Origin: Octopus sinensis
Taxonomy: Eukaryota
Direction of reading: 5' to 3'
NCBI RefSeq assembly: GCF_006345805.1
Contig: NC_043010.1
Coordinates: 42,408,001 to 42,472,000, forward strand
Length of the DNA: 64,000 nt
The notes beneath the pieces are model-generated. The model was not told the origin of the DNA. It did not search any database and saw nothing but the letters and a program-made list of their open reading frames with translations. Made by a program: the position numbers and the translations under genes. Of the stretch, positions 39,391 through 52,570 are shown in pieces. Numbering within the stretch: the first letter of the stretch is position 1; the number at the start of each line of letters is the position of its first letter.

Positions 39391-39811
39391 ACACTCTCCA
39401 TAACGATCATGAAATTTCAGGACTCCAGAACACTGTTTATTGACGAACAAATACTTTAAGAAGGAATTGTTATGCAAAACTGATATGTCCAGTGGACAAA
39501 GTATAAGTCCAAAGGTCGATTTCTTCGACTAAAACCCTCCAGCATCACCGCAGTCAAATGACTGAAACAAGTAAGAGGGTAAAAGATCGTATTACAGATA
39601 AAGTAAATATGTGGCAGCATACATCTCTAAACAGCCGTATTAGCATACATACAATCAACGTATAAGATACACCCACAAAATATTGAGTTTTTACTTCTAA
39701 CGTGTGTTCTTAGTACGCCAGCGCTAAGATGAACGTAAACATTTTATATCATTTGCTGAATGGGCAAGGAATGATCTTGGATGGAACTACAAAACGCCTC
39801 TCTCTCTCTCT

Positions 39812-39876
<65 letters not shown>

Positions 39877-39880
<4 letters not shown>

Positions 39881-40040
39881 GGAGTTTACGAAAAAAACAA
39901 AAAGACGTAGACAGGTGGTGTACAAAACAAACAGATGTATAACGCTCAGGAATAGAAAAAGTATTTTACGTTTCGAGCCTACGCTCTTCTACAGAAAGGG
40001 ACACAGAAAAAACAAGGAGAGAAACAAGGAGAGAAAAATA
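39877..40040 (-). mobile_element. Short Penelope-type terminal element with variant hammerhead, in (TA)n
   Basis: Near-identical to 31203-31353. Confidence 0.75.
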
Positions 40041-40055
40041 TATAGTCCCTACTCC

Positions 40056-40093
<38 letters not shown>

Positions 40094-40258
40094 ATTTTTT
40101 ATTTTTTATTTTTTATTTATTCTCCTAATTTAACACTGACTCCTTGACCACTCCCCCAAGTATGATTTTTTGCGCTATGCCTACCCCCAAAAAGTCCCCC
40201 ACCAACACCCCTTTAAACCTGCCTAAATGTATAAATGCCAATACAATTCTTGTTAACT

Positions 40259-40309
40259 AGCTTCCTGAAGATTTCTCTTGAATGAAACAGTTCTAGTCCT
40301 GTAGAAGCT
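40259..40309 (+). ncRNA. Compact type I hammerhead ribozyme motif at the end of a C-rich PLE-like 3' UTR
   Basis: agcttc-CTGAAGA-tttc(tctt)gaat-GAAAC-ag(ttctagtc)ct-GT-A-gaagct; followed within a few bases by (TA)n. Confidence 0.75.
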
Positions 40310-40313
40310 CCTT

Positions 40314-40363
<50 letters not shown>

Positions 40364-41220
40364 GTATAACATACTGTATGCCCTACTCCAAATTATCAAC
40401 CAACTTGCAGCAAATTGTAGCAACCAACTCATCAACAAATTGCAACAACAGCGTGTCCACGTAGTGAATACAACCACACAGACAATATTCGATCGCACTA
40501 TATACACAAAGGTCGACTGAGAAACAATATAGTGACTGCCTGAGAGGCAGATATATTACAGGCATATGACGCAAATGCGTGGAAGCATAAATGTATAAAA
40601 TACATGCAAACATATTCACATTGACACATATACACCATAGCCAAGCGCAACCACAATGGAAACAACCAACATTATAAACTCTGAATGATTAATCTCTTTT
40701 GTATACGTTTCCGTTTTTTTTTATATAAGTTCGTGATTGCTTGACATCTCACCGAAATTTTAAAACATTCATACCACATACTCTCACCATCTAAATTGTA
40801 AAGTTGCAATCTATTATTCAAACGCCGATTGAATGAGTGCGAACTTATTCGCACGAGACCGATGGCATCAGCCTACTGATTTCTGTTGATATGTGCGTGT
40901 GTCAAACAGAAATGTTATTCGTGCTTGTGTGCGTATTACAGATAAAGTAACTATGTGGCAGCATACATCTCTAAACAGCCGTATTAGCATACATACAATC
41001 AACGTATAAGATACACCCACAAATATTGAGTTTTTCTTCCTAATGTGAAGAACTGAAGTTAAAGAAAGGTAACAAGATCAACAGTTAATGACATGCGATT
41101 TTGATAGTTCTTAGGTTCTCATCACTTCCGTTGTAGCACTCCCTTGTTTAGTCATAAATAATTTATCAATTGTTTTCTTAGAAAATATTGTAGTATGAAC
41201 ATGCCAATAAAACAATTGGC

Positions 41221-41630
41221 GGATCTTTTCGGTTTGAACGGCAGTTTTTTAAATAATTTCCACGTAACTAAACAATTTTAAACTTCGTATACTGGTAGAA
41301 TGCGTTTATAAAACATCTTTTTCTCTTGACTTTATTGAGAAAATTCTATAGTTTGTAAGATATTTGTTGTTGTTTTTTCTTCAATTTCTGCAACTTCAAC
41401 CAATCAATGACGTCTATTGAGGTAAAAACATTCTGTGCCGTATGAATATGTCCCTCGTTTAAGAAACATATTGGGTTTATTTACATTTATGAAGAAAAAA
41501 AGATACCCTTCCCCCCACCCCTAGCCCTAACCCTAACCCTAAAACATATTGAAATGCAATAGATCGATACTAGGGTGACAATTTCATATACACCGATAGA
41601 AAAAAACTGCCGTTCAAACCGAAAAGATTC
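41221..41630 (+). mobile_element. MITE family D
   Basis: TIRs as above; TSD caattggc/caattagc; internal ccctag(ccctaa)3. Confidence 0.95.
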
Positions 41631-42242
41631 CAATTAGCTTTACACCTGAACTAAATATGCTTACGTATAACCAAACGCGTTAACCCAAACTATGTAATAC
41701 GTTTATAATATTTTTTCCCCAAAGGGCTGCCATAGCAGAATAGGTAGAGTACCAAATAAGTTGTTTGTGTTTTTGATTTCAAATACTTTCAAGCCTCACT
41801 TAGCTTTTCTGTGGAATCGATGAAAAGGTACCAGTAATAAAAGGTGAACTGTTTCAATTACAACAACCTTCTCTATTAAATACGTAACCTTATACCAGCA
41901 TAAAATATCAATATTTTTTTTTTTTTTCTTTTAGAAATATCTTGTTCAGTTCAGACGCTGCCATCATACCACAAAACGAATGGTTATACGCTTCTATGTT
42001 CAAAATATTTCTCTACAGGACTGTAATTGCTCAAAATATCCTTCTTCGCTGTGGAATTCAATAAACTGTATATAATACGTAACATCAAAAACATCATTTG
42101 AAAACCAGAATTATGGCAAAATTTCTCCTACAGTCTAAGAAAATTATTATTTAATCGTAATCATATGCCCATAAGCAAAATCCTTATTTACACACACGCA
42201 AACGTGCGCATGTATATATAAATACACACACATACATCATAC

Positions 42243-42314
<72 letters not shown>

Positions 42315-42337
42315 GTGTGTGTGTGTGTGTGTGTGTG

Positions 42338-42372
<35 letters not shown>

Positions 42373-42764
42373 GTCTATTTAGAACTTAAGTTATTTGATC
42401 TATACATATATTTCCATGAACGTCCATTTCAATATTTGCAGCTGGTGGAAAAAAATATTTCTTTGAATTTTAAATAAAATTAAAATGTTTTGGAAAGTTT
42501 TATGATTTTATTGATCAGAGAAATATTGTTGTGTGACATCAAATTTAACATTGTTGAACAAAACGTTTAGAAGATAGATTTGTTTACTTGGACGTCGAAA
42601 CCTGAATGATTTCACCAAATTTGAATTAACACTATTTTTTTTTTTTTAGTATAAGATTTCAATTCGATAAATTCATCAAATCTACATGTCTTCTGCTATG
42701 AATTCATAATCTTTATTGATGAAATAATCTGTGTAAAAATGTATATAAATATATCCATTCATTT

Positions 42765-42863
<99 letters not shown>

Positions 42864-44654
42864 CATACATACATACATACATACATACATACATACATAC
42901 ATACAACATACATACATACATACATACATACACGCATGTAAATATGGAAACTATTCGTCTAGATATAGCCAGATTTATGCGTTTTTTGATAGCATCAATA
43001 CATCTATTTATCAGCATCTTTACTTCTTTATATAGATGGTTTGATACATCATGCATGTAAGTAGGAGAGATCTATGCAAATGTACACAGATGGAAATTAA
43101 GATACAAGAGACACGTACTTACATGCACAGAAGACGTACGTGCATGCATACAGACATACATACATACATTACAGTAAAACAGGGAAGGATTTTATAGGCT
43201 TATGAATTTTCTCCTCTTAATCGGAAATTGTTAATACGTAATTTAGAAGATTTTCCGGAGATCTCATCGTCTGGAGAAACCGATAAAAACAAATACTGGC
43301 ATGATATTGCTATTTATATTTTATATAGACTCAGTAGCTTTTAAATATAATGGTAGAGTACAACGGAGAGCAAACTATACGAAGAGAAAGTAGAGGTAAT
43401 ATCGACATAATTGCGTATATGTCTTGATTTTTTTGATCTTTGATTATAACGATTTTATAAGTGATAAGCTAAGATTACCAGTGAGTCGCCGTTAAAAGGA
43501 AATCTTTTGTGCCCACACCAGTTACTGTATGTGATTGATGGTTGGTGGTGGGCCAGTGCCAAACAAATATCTCTTCCCAATAGGAATCCGTTAAAGTGAG
43601 CAAGTATTTCTTCCTGAGTGTAGGCATGATCTAATGACCTTTCCTAACTCTCTCTTTGAATCATGAGATGTCATACACACTCATATGTCTGTTTAGTCGC
43701 TTGGCGCTGAAAACCTCCATTTGTTTACTTCCACGTCCAACTGAGCTACATTAGAGTAGATTCTATTTCGGTTATCCTTTTCTTTTTTTTTTTTGTAAAT
43801 TTACATACTTTTCTTTAATTCTACGTTTTCCAGATGATACTTCGCTCAACATAACAGACTTTCGGCGTCTTACGATTAAGAAGTGTTCTTTGATTTTTAA
43901 TTATTTGTATCCCAATGCTTGACAATTTTCATTCATTTTTAAGAATATATCGTCGACTTTTACATATTAAAAAAAAAAAGAAAGAAATTCATTTTCTCAA
44001 CTTGCATTTTTTGCTGTGGAATGGCACTAGGCAGTCAGTCGAACGATTTCTTCCGCACCATATATCCAGCACTCCATTTACATTCTACTTTCACTGATTA
44101 AAGACCATTTTACACACTCAAATTGCCGTGGGGAATTACAACCGTGTTTCGTGGTCTGCTACCACAACAGCTCCTTTATAGGATCCAGTTAGCTCAAGAC
44201 ATCATCAGGAGGAACCACGTCCGGTTTCGGCCCCTAAATATGACTGTCTAGGCTTGTCATTTCTCTACTTCCCACTTGTTCGGTGTTGGTTAGAGCTTGC
44301 TATTGCAACAAGCCTTCCCTTCATCTCCCCAGGTGGTGTTCAATTTGTAGTAATAGTTATATTATATCGATGATCTTTGTCTAGCCTATCAATCAAACCG
44401 TGCTATTGTAATTTGTTGTCATTTATTCTGGAGAGTGGAGTCTTTGAGTGATCATAGCCTTTTTTTATGTCTTTTAAGGCTGGTTTGAACATTGTAGCGA
44501 TGTTGCTGAGAAAGCTCTCGACTTTGTTTCTTGTTACTCGCTTGTCACAAATGTTGTTTCTACCTGACAATCTCAGCTTTACTTCTCTTTTGTTGAAATT
44601 AATCTTTGGTTCAAAAATCCCCATTATACACCAAAGTGATTCAATTGAACGGAA

Positions 44655-44892
44655 ATACCTATTTCTTTACTACCCACAAGGGGCTAAGCATAGAGTGGAC
44701 AAACAAGGACAGACAAAGGGATTAAGTCGATTACAGTGACCCCAGTGCGTAACTGGTACTTAATTTATCGACCCCGAAAGGATGAAAGGCAAAGTCGACC
44801 TCGGCGAAATTTGAACTCACAACGTAGCGGCAGATGAAATACCGCTAAGCACTTCGCCCGGCGTGCTAACGATTCGTCCAGCTCGCCGCCTT
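44655..44892 (-). mobile_element. SINE family B, full length
   Basis: atacctatttctttactacccacaaggggcta...ccagctcgccgcctt. Confidence 0.9.
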
Positions 44893-45049
44893 AATGATAA
44901 TAAAAATGGTGATGATGTTGGTGACAAACATTAACTTTCCTCAGTTTATGAAAGCCAAGAGTTTACCAGAAACTCTGGTGGTAACAACGAAAATGAAGCT
45001 GGACCAATGGTTCAATTCGGATGCTGACTGATCTGACCACAGCTGTTAC

Positions 45050-45320
45050 CCTAAGACAGCGTCAGCAGATAAAGGAGTAATGAGAAAGAAGTAGACCAGC
45101 GAAGAAAATAGGATAGTGATGCATTAGGAATTATCCCTAAAGATTTGAACAGACAGATAGGGGAAACAGGCATTGAAAAAAGAAAAAGATATAGTTTAGT
45201 GCAGCTCCAGAAAAACAGTGTTATTAGGGGACAGTTAGGATGTTGGGAAGTTTCTTGGCATCTAAGGTTACTTGTTGTAGCCCAATATTAGAAATCTTTC
45301 TTTTTGTTTAATCTGTTATG
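45050..45320 (+). mobile_element. R4/Dong-like LINE 3' end (decayed)
   Basis: ALGIIPKDL...LVQLQK.VLLGTVR.L, then ggttacttgttgtagccc 3' UTR. Confidence 0.65.
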
Positions 45321-45322
45321 CA

Positions 45323-45528
45323 TACTCTACTCTTTACTCTTTTACTCTTTGTTTCAGTCATTTGACTGCGGCCATGCTGGATCACCGCCTTTAGTCGAGT
45401 AAATCGCCCCCAAGACTTATTGTTTGTAAGCCTAGTACTTATTCTGTCGGTCTCTTTTGCCGAGCCGCTAAGTTACAGAGACTTAAACACACCAGCATCG
45501 ATTGTCAAGCGATGTTGGGGGGACAAAC

Positions 45529-45583
<55 letters not shown>

Positions 45584-45748
45584 TACGATGGGTTTCTTTC
45601 AGTTTCCGTCTACCAAATCCACTCACAAGGCTTTGGTCGACCCGAGGCTATAGTATAAGACACTTGCCTAAAGTGCTGCGCAGTGGGACTGAAGCCGGAA
45701 CCATGTGGTTGGTAAGCAAGCTACTTACCACACAGCCACTCCTACGCC
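45323..45748 (-). mobile_element. SINE family A, full length
   Basis: (tactctt)n tail...internal (TA)n...cttaccacacagccactcctacgcc. Confidence 0.92.
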
Positions 45749-45937
45749 TATTGTTTGAAATAAGAATGATAATGATAGAGAATAAATTCTAAGTCTGCCG
45801 CCACATTATTAAAAACTTTTCTGAAAATAAACCTTTAAAAAAACTGACCTTTATTTATTGATTGGAAACATTTTATAACAGTCTTCTAATCCTACAACTA
45901 TTTCAAAATGAAGATGCAAATGAATATCAGCTACGTG

Positions 45938-46119
45938 CTAATCTCCAACCCACTTGGCCCACACTTGCCTCTCTCTTCAAACATAACTATGAAAAGCATA
46001 CATTTTACCTTTACTTCTTTCGTGTAAAGTCGCAGTATTCTCCACAGTGAAAGTAAATTAACTATTAACTTACTCTTCACGGATAGAGGGTCCTTAGGTG
46101 TTTAGAAGGTGTTGTTAGC
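45938..46119 (+). mobile_element. Old dispersed repeat (MITE-like), related to 16305-16490
   Basis: Shared blocks with the 16305 copy; short inverted ends gctaa/ttagc. Confidence 0.5.
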
Positions 46120-46312
46120 TTTAGTTATAAACATGTACGTCGCCATATTATTAGTTTGACGTAGAGAGTGAATAAACAAGCGTGAGTTGTGAAAGGATGA
46201 TAGCGAAAAATTATTGATGATGGTTGCGGGAAATTCAAGAGTTTACACATAATTATGTCTGAATTAAAAGAAATTTCGGATTGTTAGTTGCCGAAAAATC
46301 GATGGTGTACTC

Positions 46313-46350
<38 letters not shown>

Positions 46351-46837
46351 AAATATTAGGGAATAAATCCAAACTTACAGGGAAAAATCAGATTTAGGAT
46401 TGAATCCAATTTTATAGTAAAATATTATATTATATTAAATTAGAGATAAAACCACTATTAGGCAAATTAAACAATGAAAAACTTAAGCCAATACATAAAA
46501 TTAATTAATTTATATTATTTTAAATATATATTAAAAGTATTAAAAGTTTAATAAAAGATAATGAGTAAAACACTACGGTCGTTTCATGGCTGTCCAATTC
46601 GTAATAATTCGAGTTATGGTTACAGTCAATCTTCAGGTGATTGACTGTAACCATAACTCGAATTATTACGGATTGGACAGCCATGAAACGATCGTAGTGT
46701 TTTACTCATTATCTTTTATTAAACTTTTAATACTTTTAATATATATTTAAAATAATATAAATTAATTAATTTTATGTATTGGCTTAAGTTTTTCATTGTT
46801 TAATTTGCCTAATAGTGGTTTTATCTCTAATTTAATA
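46351..46837 (-). mobile_element. Fold-back Penelope-type pLTR: 199-bp-arm palindrome centred on a hammerhead core, in (TA)n
   Basis: Arms 46433-46631 and 46639-46837 (two mismatches seen); loop ttcaggt; minus strand CTGAAGA-ttgactgt...acagccat-GAAAC-gacc-GT-A. Confidence 0.88.
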
Positions 46838-46845
46838 TTATATAT

Positions 46846-46877
<32 letters not shown>

Positions 46878-49405
46878 ATATATATTATATATATATATAT
46901 GGGTGCGTGTGTGTATGTATGTGCATGTGCGCCTCGTGTATAAGTTCTCATTCCCAAAACCTTCCTATATTCTTCTGACCTACCGTTAACTACCTTCACA
47001 TCTCAGCTAATAACCGTAATATTTTCATAACATGGCAATCAATATATGTATCACTTAAAAGAGAGAAAATAATTGGAAATTGTTAACCCTTTCTATCATT
47101 TTACAGATGAAGAACTCTGACACATGCGGGCATCACATCTATTCACGTGCGCATGCATTTATGTTAAACATAGATCAACATTTCGTAGTGCTGGACACAA
47201 CAGATGGTAATTAAAAGAGGTAGTTATGGGAACCTTGCCAATACGCCAACGGCTTGCTCGCTATGTGATGCCTTTCGAACGATTGTTATAGTTTCTGTAA
47301 GCTATCAATCAATACATCTATTTACCAATCTAGCCATATATTCTTTACACTGGTTAGCGTATTTATTTCTTGTTTTCTGCAACCGATAGTTGGTCTTGAA
47401 AGCTAGCATTGATTCCAAACGATATCAAGACAAGAATCTATGCAACTAAAAAATTCATACTATTCGACTAAAACATTCATATTTATACGTATCCGGATTA
47501 ATTTGCATATGGCCAATTTTTTCTATGTTTATCTGTAAAAGGCTCAAATAAATGGAAATCAAAAACATTAATTTTTTTTATTTTTTTTTGGTGGGGGTTA
47601 TCAACGAAACTCTTCTGTTACTTCTATTATTTATTAAGCACACTAAAATTTGTTGGTTCAACGAATCAGTAACCCATGTTCCTAATTCACACCGATTACA
47701 TCTTTAAAATCACACCACATACACCCAAGTGCTCTCTGCTGTACTGCAAAGGTATTGTGCAGAACTCTTGAACACACGTAAGTGTGGAAGATGCGTTGCT
47801 ATTGTAAATACCACAAAGAAAATTCAAGATTAACCTACAATAAAGGAACATCAAAACACCAAGCTTTCTTTCAAAACGACGTGCATCCTGGGCAAAAGGG
47901 AAAGCTTGCTTTATTTCAGGAGGGAACATCGTGGAACTGTCATTTGCACCTGATAGTGGAAGTTGAGCTCCTCACTTAACCAACAGTCAGCCATTTTCAA
48001 GTATAATTAATATCAAAATCGTTCTGACGGTGACCATCTTTTCTTTTATAGGTATAAATTACGTTATCCAGAGTCTTGTCTCTTTTTAATGAAATAGGAT
48101 TTGATAGGAAGATTTGACTGCAATTTCAAGCAATTTGTGCGACCGCGTAGAATTTCCGTCCTTGGTTCACTTTATATATGGTTTTAGATTTTGGCACAAT
48201 TTGAAAGGATTTTCATTAGGGAAAAACGTAGGGAGGATCCTCCTAAATTGCAATGCTAATTTAATCTACAACTTTTATAGTAAAACTCCAAGTATTCACT
48301 AGAAAAACTATTTAAACGGTACCTTCAATAATGTCATTTTTTCCCCTTGCTCACAGAATATTCTTTATATTAGTTAAATATTCCTAGATATATGTCTGTG
48401 TGCTTGAGTTGTGTCCACGTGAGAGCTTTTGAACATGTGTAGGATTCGAGGAAATACCATTTAGAAAAGTAGGATATTGCCGTCACAAAAGCTCCAATCA
48501 AATTCATTTTCACTCATTCTGCAACCTTGTGACCGTGAGCTTATTCATGCTTGTGTGTTTGCGTGTGTGTGTGTGTATGTGTGTGAGTGTGTATGTGAGC
48601 ATGTGTGTGTGTGACAGAGAGAGGGAGAGAGAGAGAGAGTGTTGGTGTGTACGTAAGTGTTTTGTGTATTTTTTGTGTGTGCTTTTGTATCTATGGTAAT
48701 GTGTTGTGGTTGTGTGACATTTAATTATTCTTTATTTACTTGACTGAAATTAATCTTATCTCAGTGAAAGGGTTGCATAACTACCAGACATCGACTGCTT
48801 GACTGATGTCTGTTATTGTCTGGTTTGCATGCTGAAATGTCAAACCACAGTGAAAAGGTATACTCAAGATAAGACTGGCTTTATGCTTATGTTTATTTAT
48901 TTATTGTTCTTAATTAAATATGCTCCTGAGATGTTAACTTGTCATTCTTCAGCTTTATCATAACTGGTACCGACTGCAAGCAAGCTCACCTTCTTCCATC
49001 AACACTTACAAGGTTACAATGACATCGCTGCTAATAAAAGATTGCCCTTATATATATCTGTAAAGCTGACTTTTTAGTGATAACCTCATCTTATCAACAT
49101 ACTTTCGATGAACAGTGAACAACAATCGTATTATAGTTTTATATAAATGAAAAAAAATATTTAATTATTTCAAGCATAAAAATAAATTCAGCCATTAAAA
49201 TAAAAGAAAATAATGTTGATGGTTAACCAGTATAATTTTTGTCGAGTAACAGAAGGTAACGACTAACGCATTTTCAGTGGATGTGCAGCCTTTACCGTAA
49301 CATGCGAAAATGTTAGGAAGAAAATCAAGTATGCTTACTGAATCTACATTTTGGGGGGGGGTAGAATGCGGAATATTATTGCCAAGATAAGCTAACATGC
49401 GATAT

Positions 49406-49700
49406 TTTGTTGTTTGTTCCTTATCGAGCCATGCCTGGCTCATAAGGGCCGGTTTCCCGGTCTCTTGGCGTATAGGTTCCCCACCTAGACGGGACGCCGG
49501 TCCATCGCAGGTGAGCTGCAAGATGCAGGAGGAAAGAGTGATAGAAAGTTGTGGCGAAAGAGTCAGCAGAAGTTTCTGCCGGAGCCGCGTGGAGCTTAGG
49601 TGTTTCGCTCATAAACATACACATCGTCCGGTCTGAGATTCGAACCCGCGATCCCTGACCGCGAGTCCGCTGCTCTAACCACTAGGCCATGTGCCTCCAC
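49406..49700 (-). mobile_element. tRNA-derived SINE family C, tail type 2
   Basis: Head gtggaggcacatggcctagtggttagagcagcggac; tail cctgcgatggaccggcgtcccgtc...gaaaccggccc...ggctcg; 11-bp TSD acatgcgatat (49395-49405 and 49701-49711). Confidence 0.92.
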
Positions 49701-50687
49701 ACATGCGATATCATCTGCAATATAACTAGAAATCCATGCAGGTGAAAGCGTATTCAAAGTTTGAAGCATTAAACAGCGGGAGTATATTACATGGTGCTGA
49801 TATCTCATGCTAGTTTGATTTAGCAACTGCCATATGAATTTGTTTCCTTTCGAGAATAGTTTGCATATGAAATCTGTAAGGGGAACCTCTAGTTGATCAT
49901 TCGACCATCTAGAAAGAGCAGTCAAGTCTCACTCAAATCACCTTCTACTATTATTGGATAATATAGTTCTACATAACTCTAAAATGACGGGGTGGCTTGA
50001 ATGCCTTTGTTATGTTCACTCAATACCGATTTGGGGCTTAAACAACACGGATTAAGTGGGTTAAATTCTGATGTCAAAAAATGTTACAAATTTATTAGTT
50101 TAAAACGTAAAATAAAATATGTCAACATTTTTCAAACTTTGATACATGGCATGCTGAAAATTTATAGTATCTTACTATCTTTGTAATTATATCAACTGTA
50201 CAATCAATAGAAGCCATGAAAATCAGAATTTAAAACACTATGAAATATCATATATGTTACCTAGTTATTTTCATTGTATTTTTTTAAACTGCATTTTTTT
50301 TAATTTACCTTCAATACAAGAATATCGTCGAAGTCTCGTTGAAGCTAATTAGTAGACTCCTGTCTTAACTAAGTGTGGTTAGTTAAGGAATTGGTGCTTT
50401 CTAATTATACACGTGTGTGTATGTGTGTGTGCACGTGTGTGTGCACGTGTGCGTGCGCGCGCATGTACTTCAGGTTTTAGATTTTATTTTTAATTTAAGT
50501 TTATTGAAGTACGGTCGATGATGACACAAATTTCAAGAAAATAACTAATTCGAAATCATTATACCAAGAAATTTTATATGAATTGTAAGACATAAATATT
50601 TCCTTTCACTTAATAACGTTTGCATTTTTCAACAACTTTCATGTAATAAATCATTTTCTTTAATTCTTTCTCCCTCTCTTCTTCCAG

Positions 50688-50736
50688 GAGTGCAAGTAAT
50701 GAAGAAAATGAGCTTCTAAGTGCCGGTGCAATAAAA
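50688..50736 (+). other. Candidate 49-nt internal exon
   Basis: Long polypyrimidine tract ttctttctccctctcttcttccag|, purine-rich body, donor |gtaggt; one open frame reads SASNEENELLSAGAIK. Confidence 0.35.
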
Positions 50737-51977
50737 GTAGGTTGTTTATTTAAATCTTCTATTGTGTGTGTGATATTTTCCTCTCAGATAATAGCTCATT
50801 AATGCAAGTATATGTATTGCACGTATTTAATGTAATATATTATTGTATTGAAACTTTTAATTGTATATTTTTGTACGCAAATTTATTTGTGTGAGTGCAT
50901 TCAATAACCATATCTGTATTTTAAGTAAATATTTTTGGACCTTTATTCCACATCAACATAAACAATTAGACACACTAGCAGAGACAGCATTCCGAATGTT
51001 CAATCCTAGAAAAGGATTGCGGACTCTTCTCTAACATCGGCATAACACGAAATGAACCGAATCTTTTCGAGGTGTGTACAATTTGTATAATTAGCTACTT
51101 ATTAGCTAAGACCAAAACCTTAACTGAAATAATGTACCACAAATGTTGTTATATACTTTAGATTTACCTGTTGGGGTTACAGTTTTTCTCTTTTTTTTTT
51201 GCGGGTTGGAGATATATATATATATACATATGCACTCCAACCTTCGGGGAATTTCGACTCAGTGACTGCCGTTGATTTTTGCTTTTATCTGTATCGATAA
51301 GCGAAGATCAATCACTACCAGTGTCAGAAACTATCAGTATGACGCTAACTGGTGTCACAAGAACCACCTGATCGATCAATGATATTTAGTATGCCTAAGG
51401 CATCCAACATTTCTTTCATCTGTTTTAATCTATGAAAACTGTTTATACTGAATCACCTAGCGCCAGGCAACCTGTTATCCTGTCTTTATCAGTCTCAAAG
51501 CATTTATTTTAGTTTTCTTCAAAACAGTTTTATTTTATTTCCAAATAATCTAATTCCATCTACTAAAAACTTTATTGAAAATTGTCATTCGATAAGCTTA
51601 GATGCTGAAATTCTTGACTATAGAACTTCAATTCATTTCAAAAAATTTTTCTTCAAACATTTTAAGTATATTTTTATTAATTAATCTTGAAAGTCTGTGA
51701 CAAAACAGTAACATACTAGGTTGAAGAATTCCGGTATCTTATTCTGTATACTTGACTTGAAACCTAGACCGAGTTTACTTTCATTTTTTTTTTCTTGAGT
51801 CAATAAAATTGGCAACTTCGATTAATATGCTACACCTCAAAACATTGTAAACTTATGTCAGGTAGAGATCATTATATACTCCTGGCGGTTTTTCATTTTT
51901 CTGCGAAACCGAATTTTAATCCTTACATTTCCATAAGTGATGTTGTTGTTGTTGTTATTGTTGTTGTTGTTGTTGTT

Positions 51978-52215
51978 GTCCTCCAGCCACGTGGTCCAAG
52001 AAATTCTTCTTTCTAACGAAACTAGTGCCGCTGAATCACCGACCTTATCTCTGGCAACAGCATGTGACCCACCTTGACCAATAGCAGCCTATTTTCTAGT
52101 AGCCATCTTGACCTTGACCTCCTGTATTTCTCCATTCGGTAATCTGAGCCTGAATGAGCCATCCTTCTGTTGGGAGTCCACGAAACTTTAATTTGATTGA
52201 AGCAAATACTGTAAA
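51978..52215 (+). mobile_element. LINE-like 3' fragment related to 62170-62420
   Basis: Shared cagccacg-ggtcc, ccttgaccaatagcagcc-attttc-agt-gccat and tctccattc-gta-tctgagcct. Confidence 0.6.
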
Positions 52216-52295
52216 TGTGTTTTAGATAATAATACATGTAACTCCTAACTAAATGTGTTGAGTGCCATTTTCTTTCGCTTGACCATGCACTTGTG

Positions 52296-52514
52296 CGAGC
52301 TGGCAGAAACGCTAGCACGTCGGGCGAAATGCTTAGCGGTATTTCATCTGTCGTCACGTTCGGAGTTCAAATTCCGCCGAGGTCGACTTTGCCTTTCATC
52401 CTTTCGGGGTCGATAAATAAAGTACCAGTTTCGCACTGGAGTCGATGTAATCGACTTAATCCCTTTGTCTGTCCTTGTTTGTCCTCTCTATGTTTAGCCC
52501 CTTGTGGGCAATAA

Positions 52515-52520
<6 letters not shown>
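52296..52520 (+). mobile_element. SINE family B
   Basis: gcgagctggcagaaacgctagcacg...tttagccccttgtgggcaataaa. Confidence 0.9.

Positions 52521-52570
<50 letters not shown>

Larger units (their letters stand above)
39588..41047 (+). repeat. Roughly 115-bp direct repeat (39588-39704 and 40932-41047)
   Basis: cgtattacagataaagtaa-tatgtggcagcatacatctctaaacagccgtattagc...tattgagttttt occurs twice, 1344 bp apart. Confidence 0.85.
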
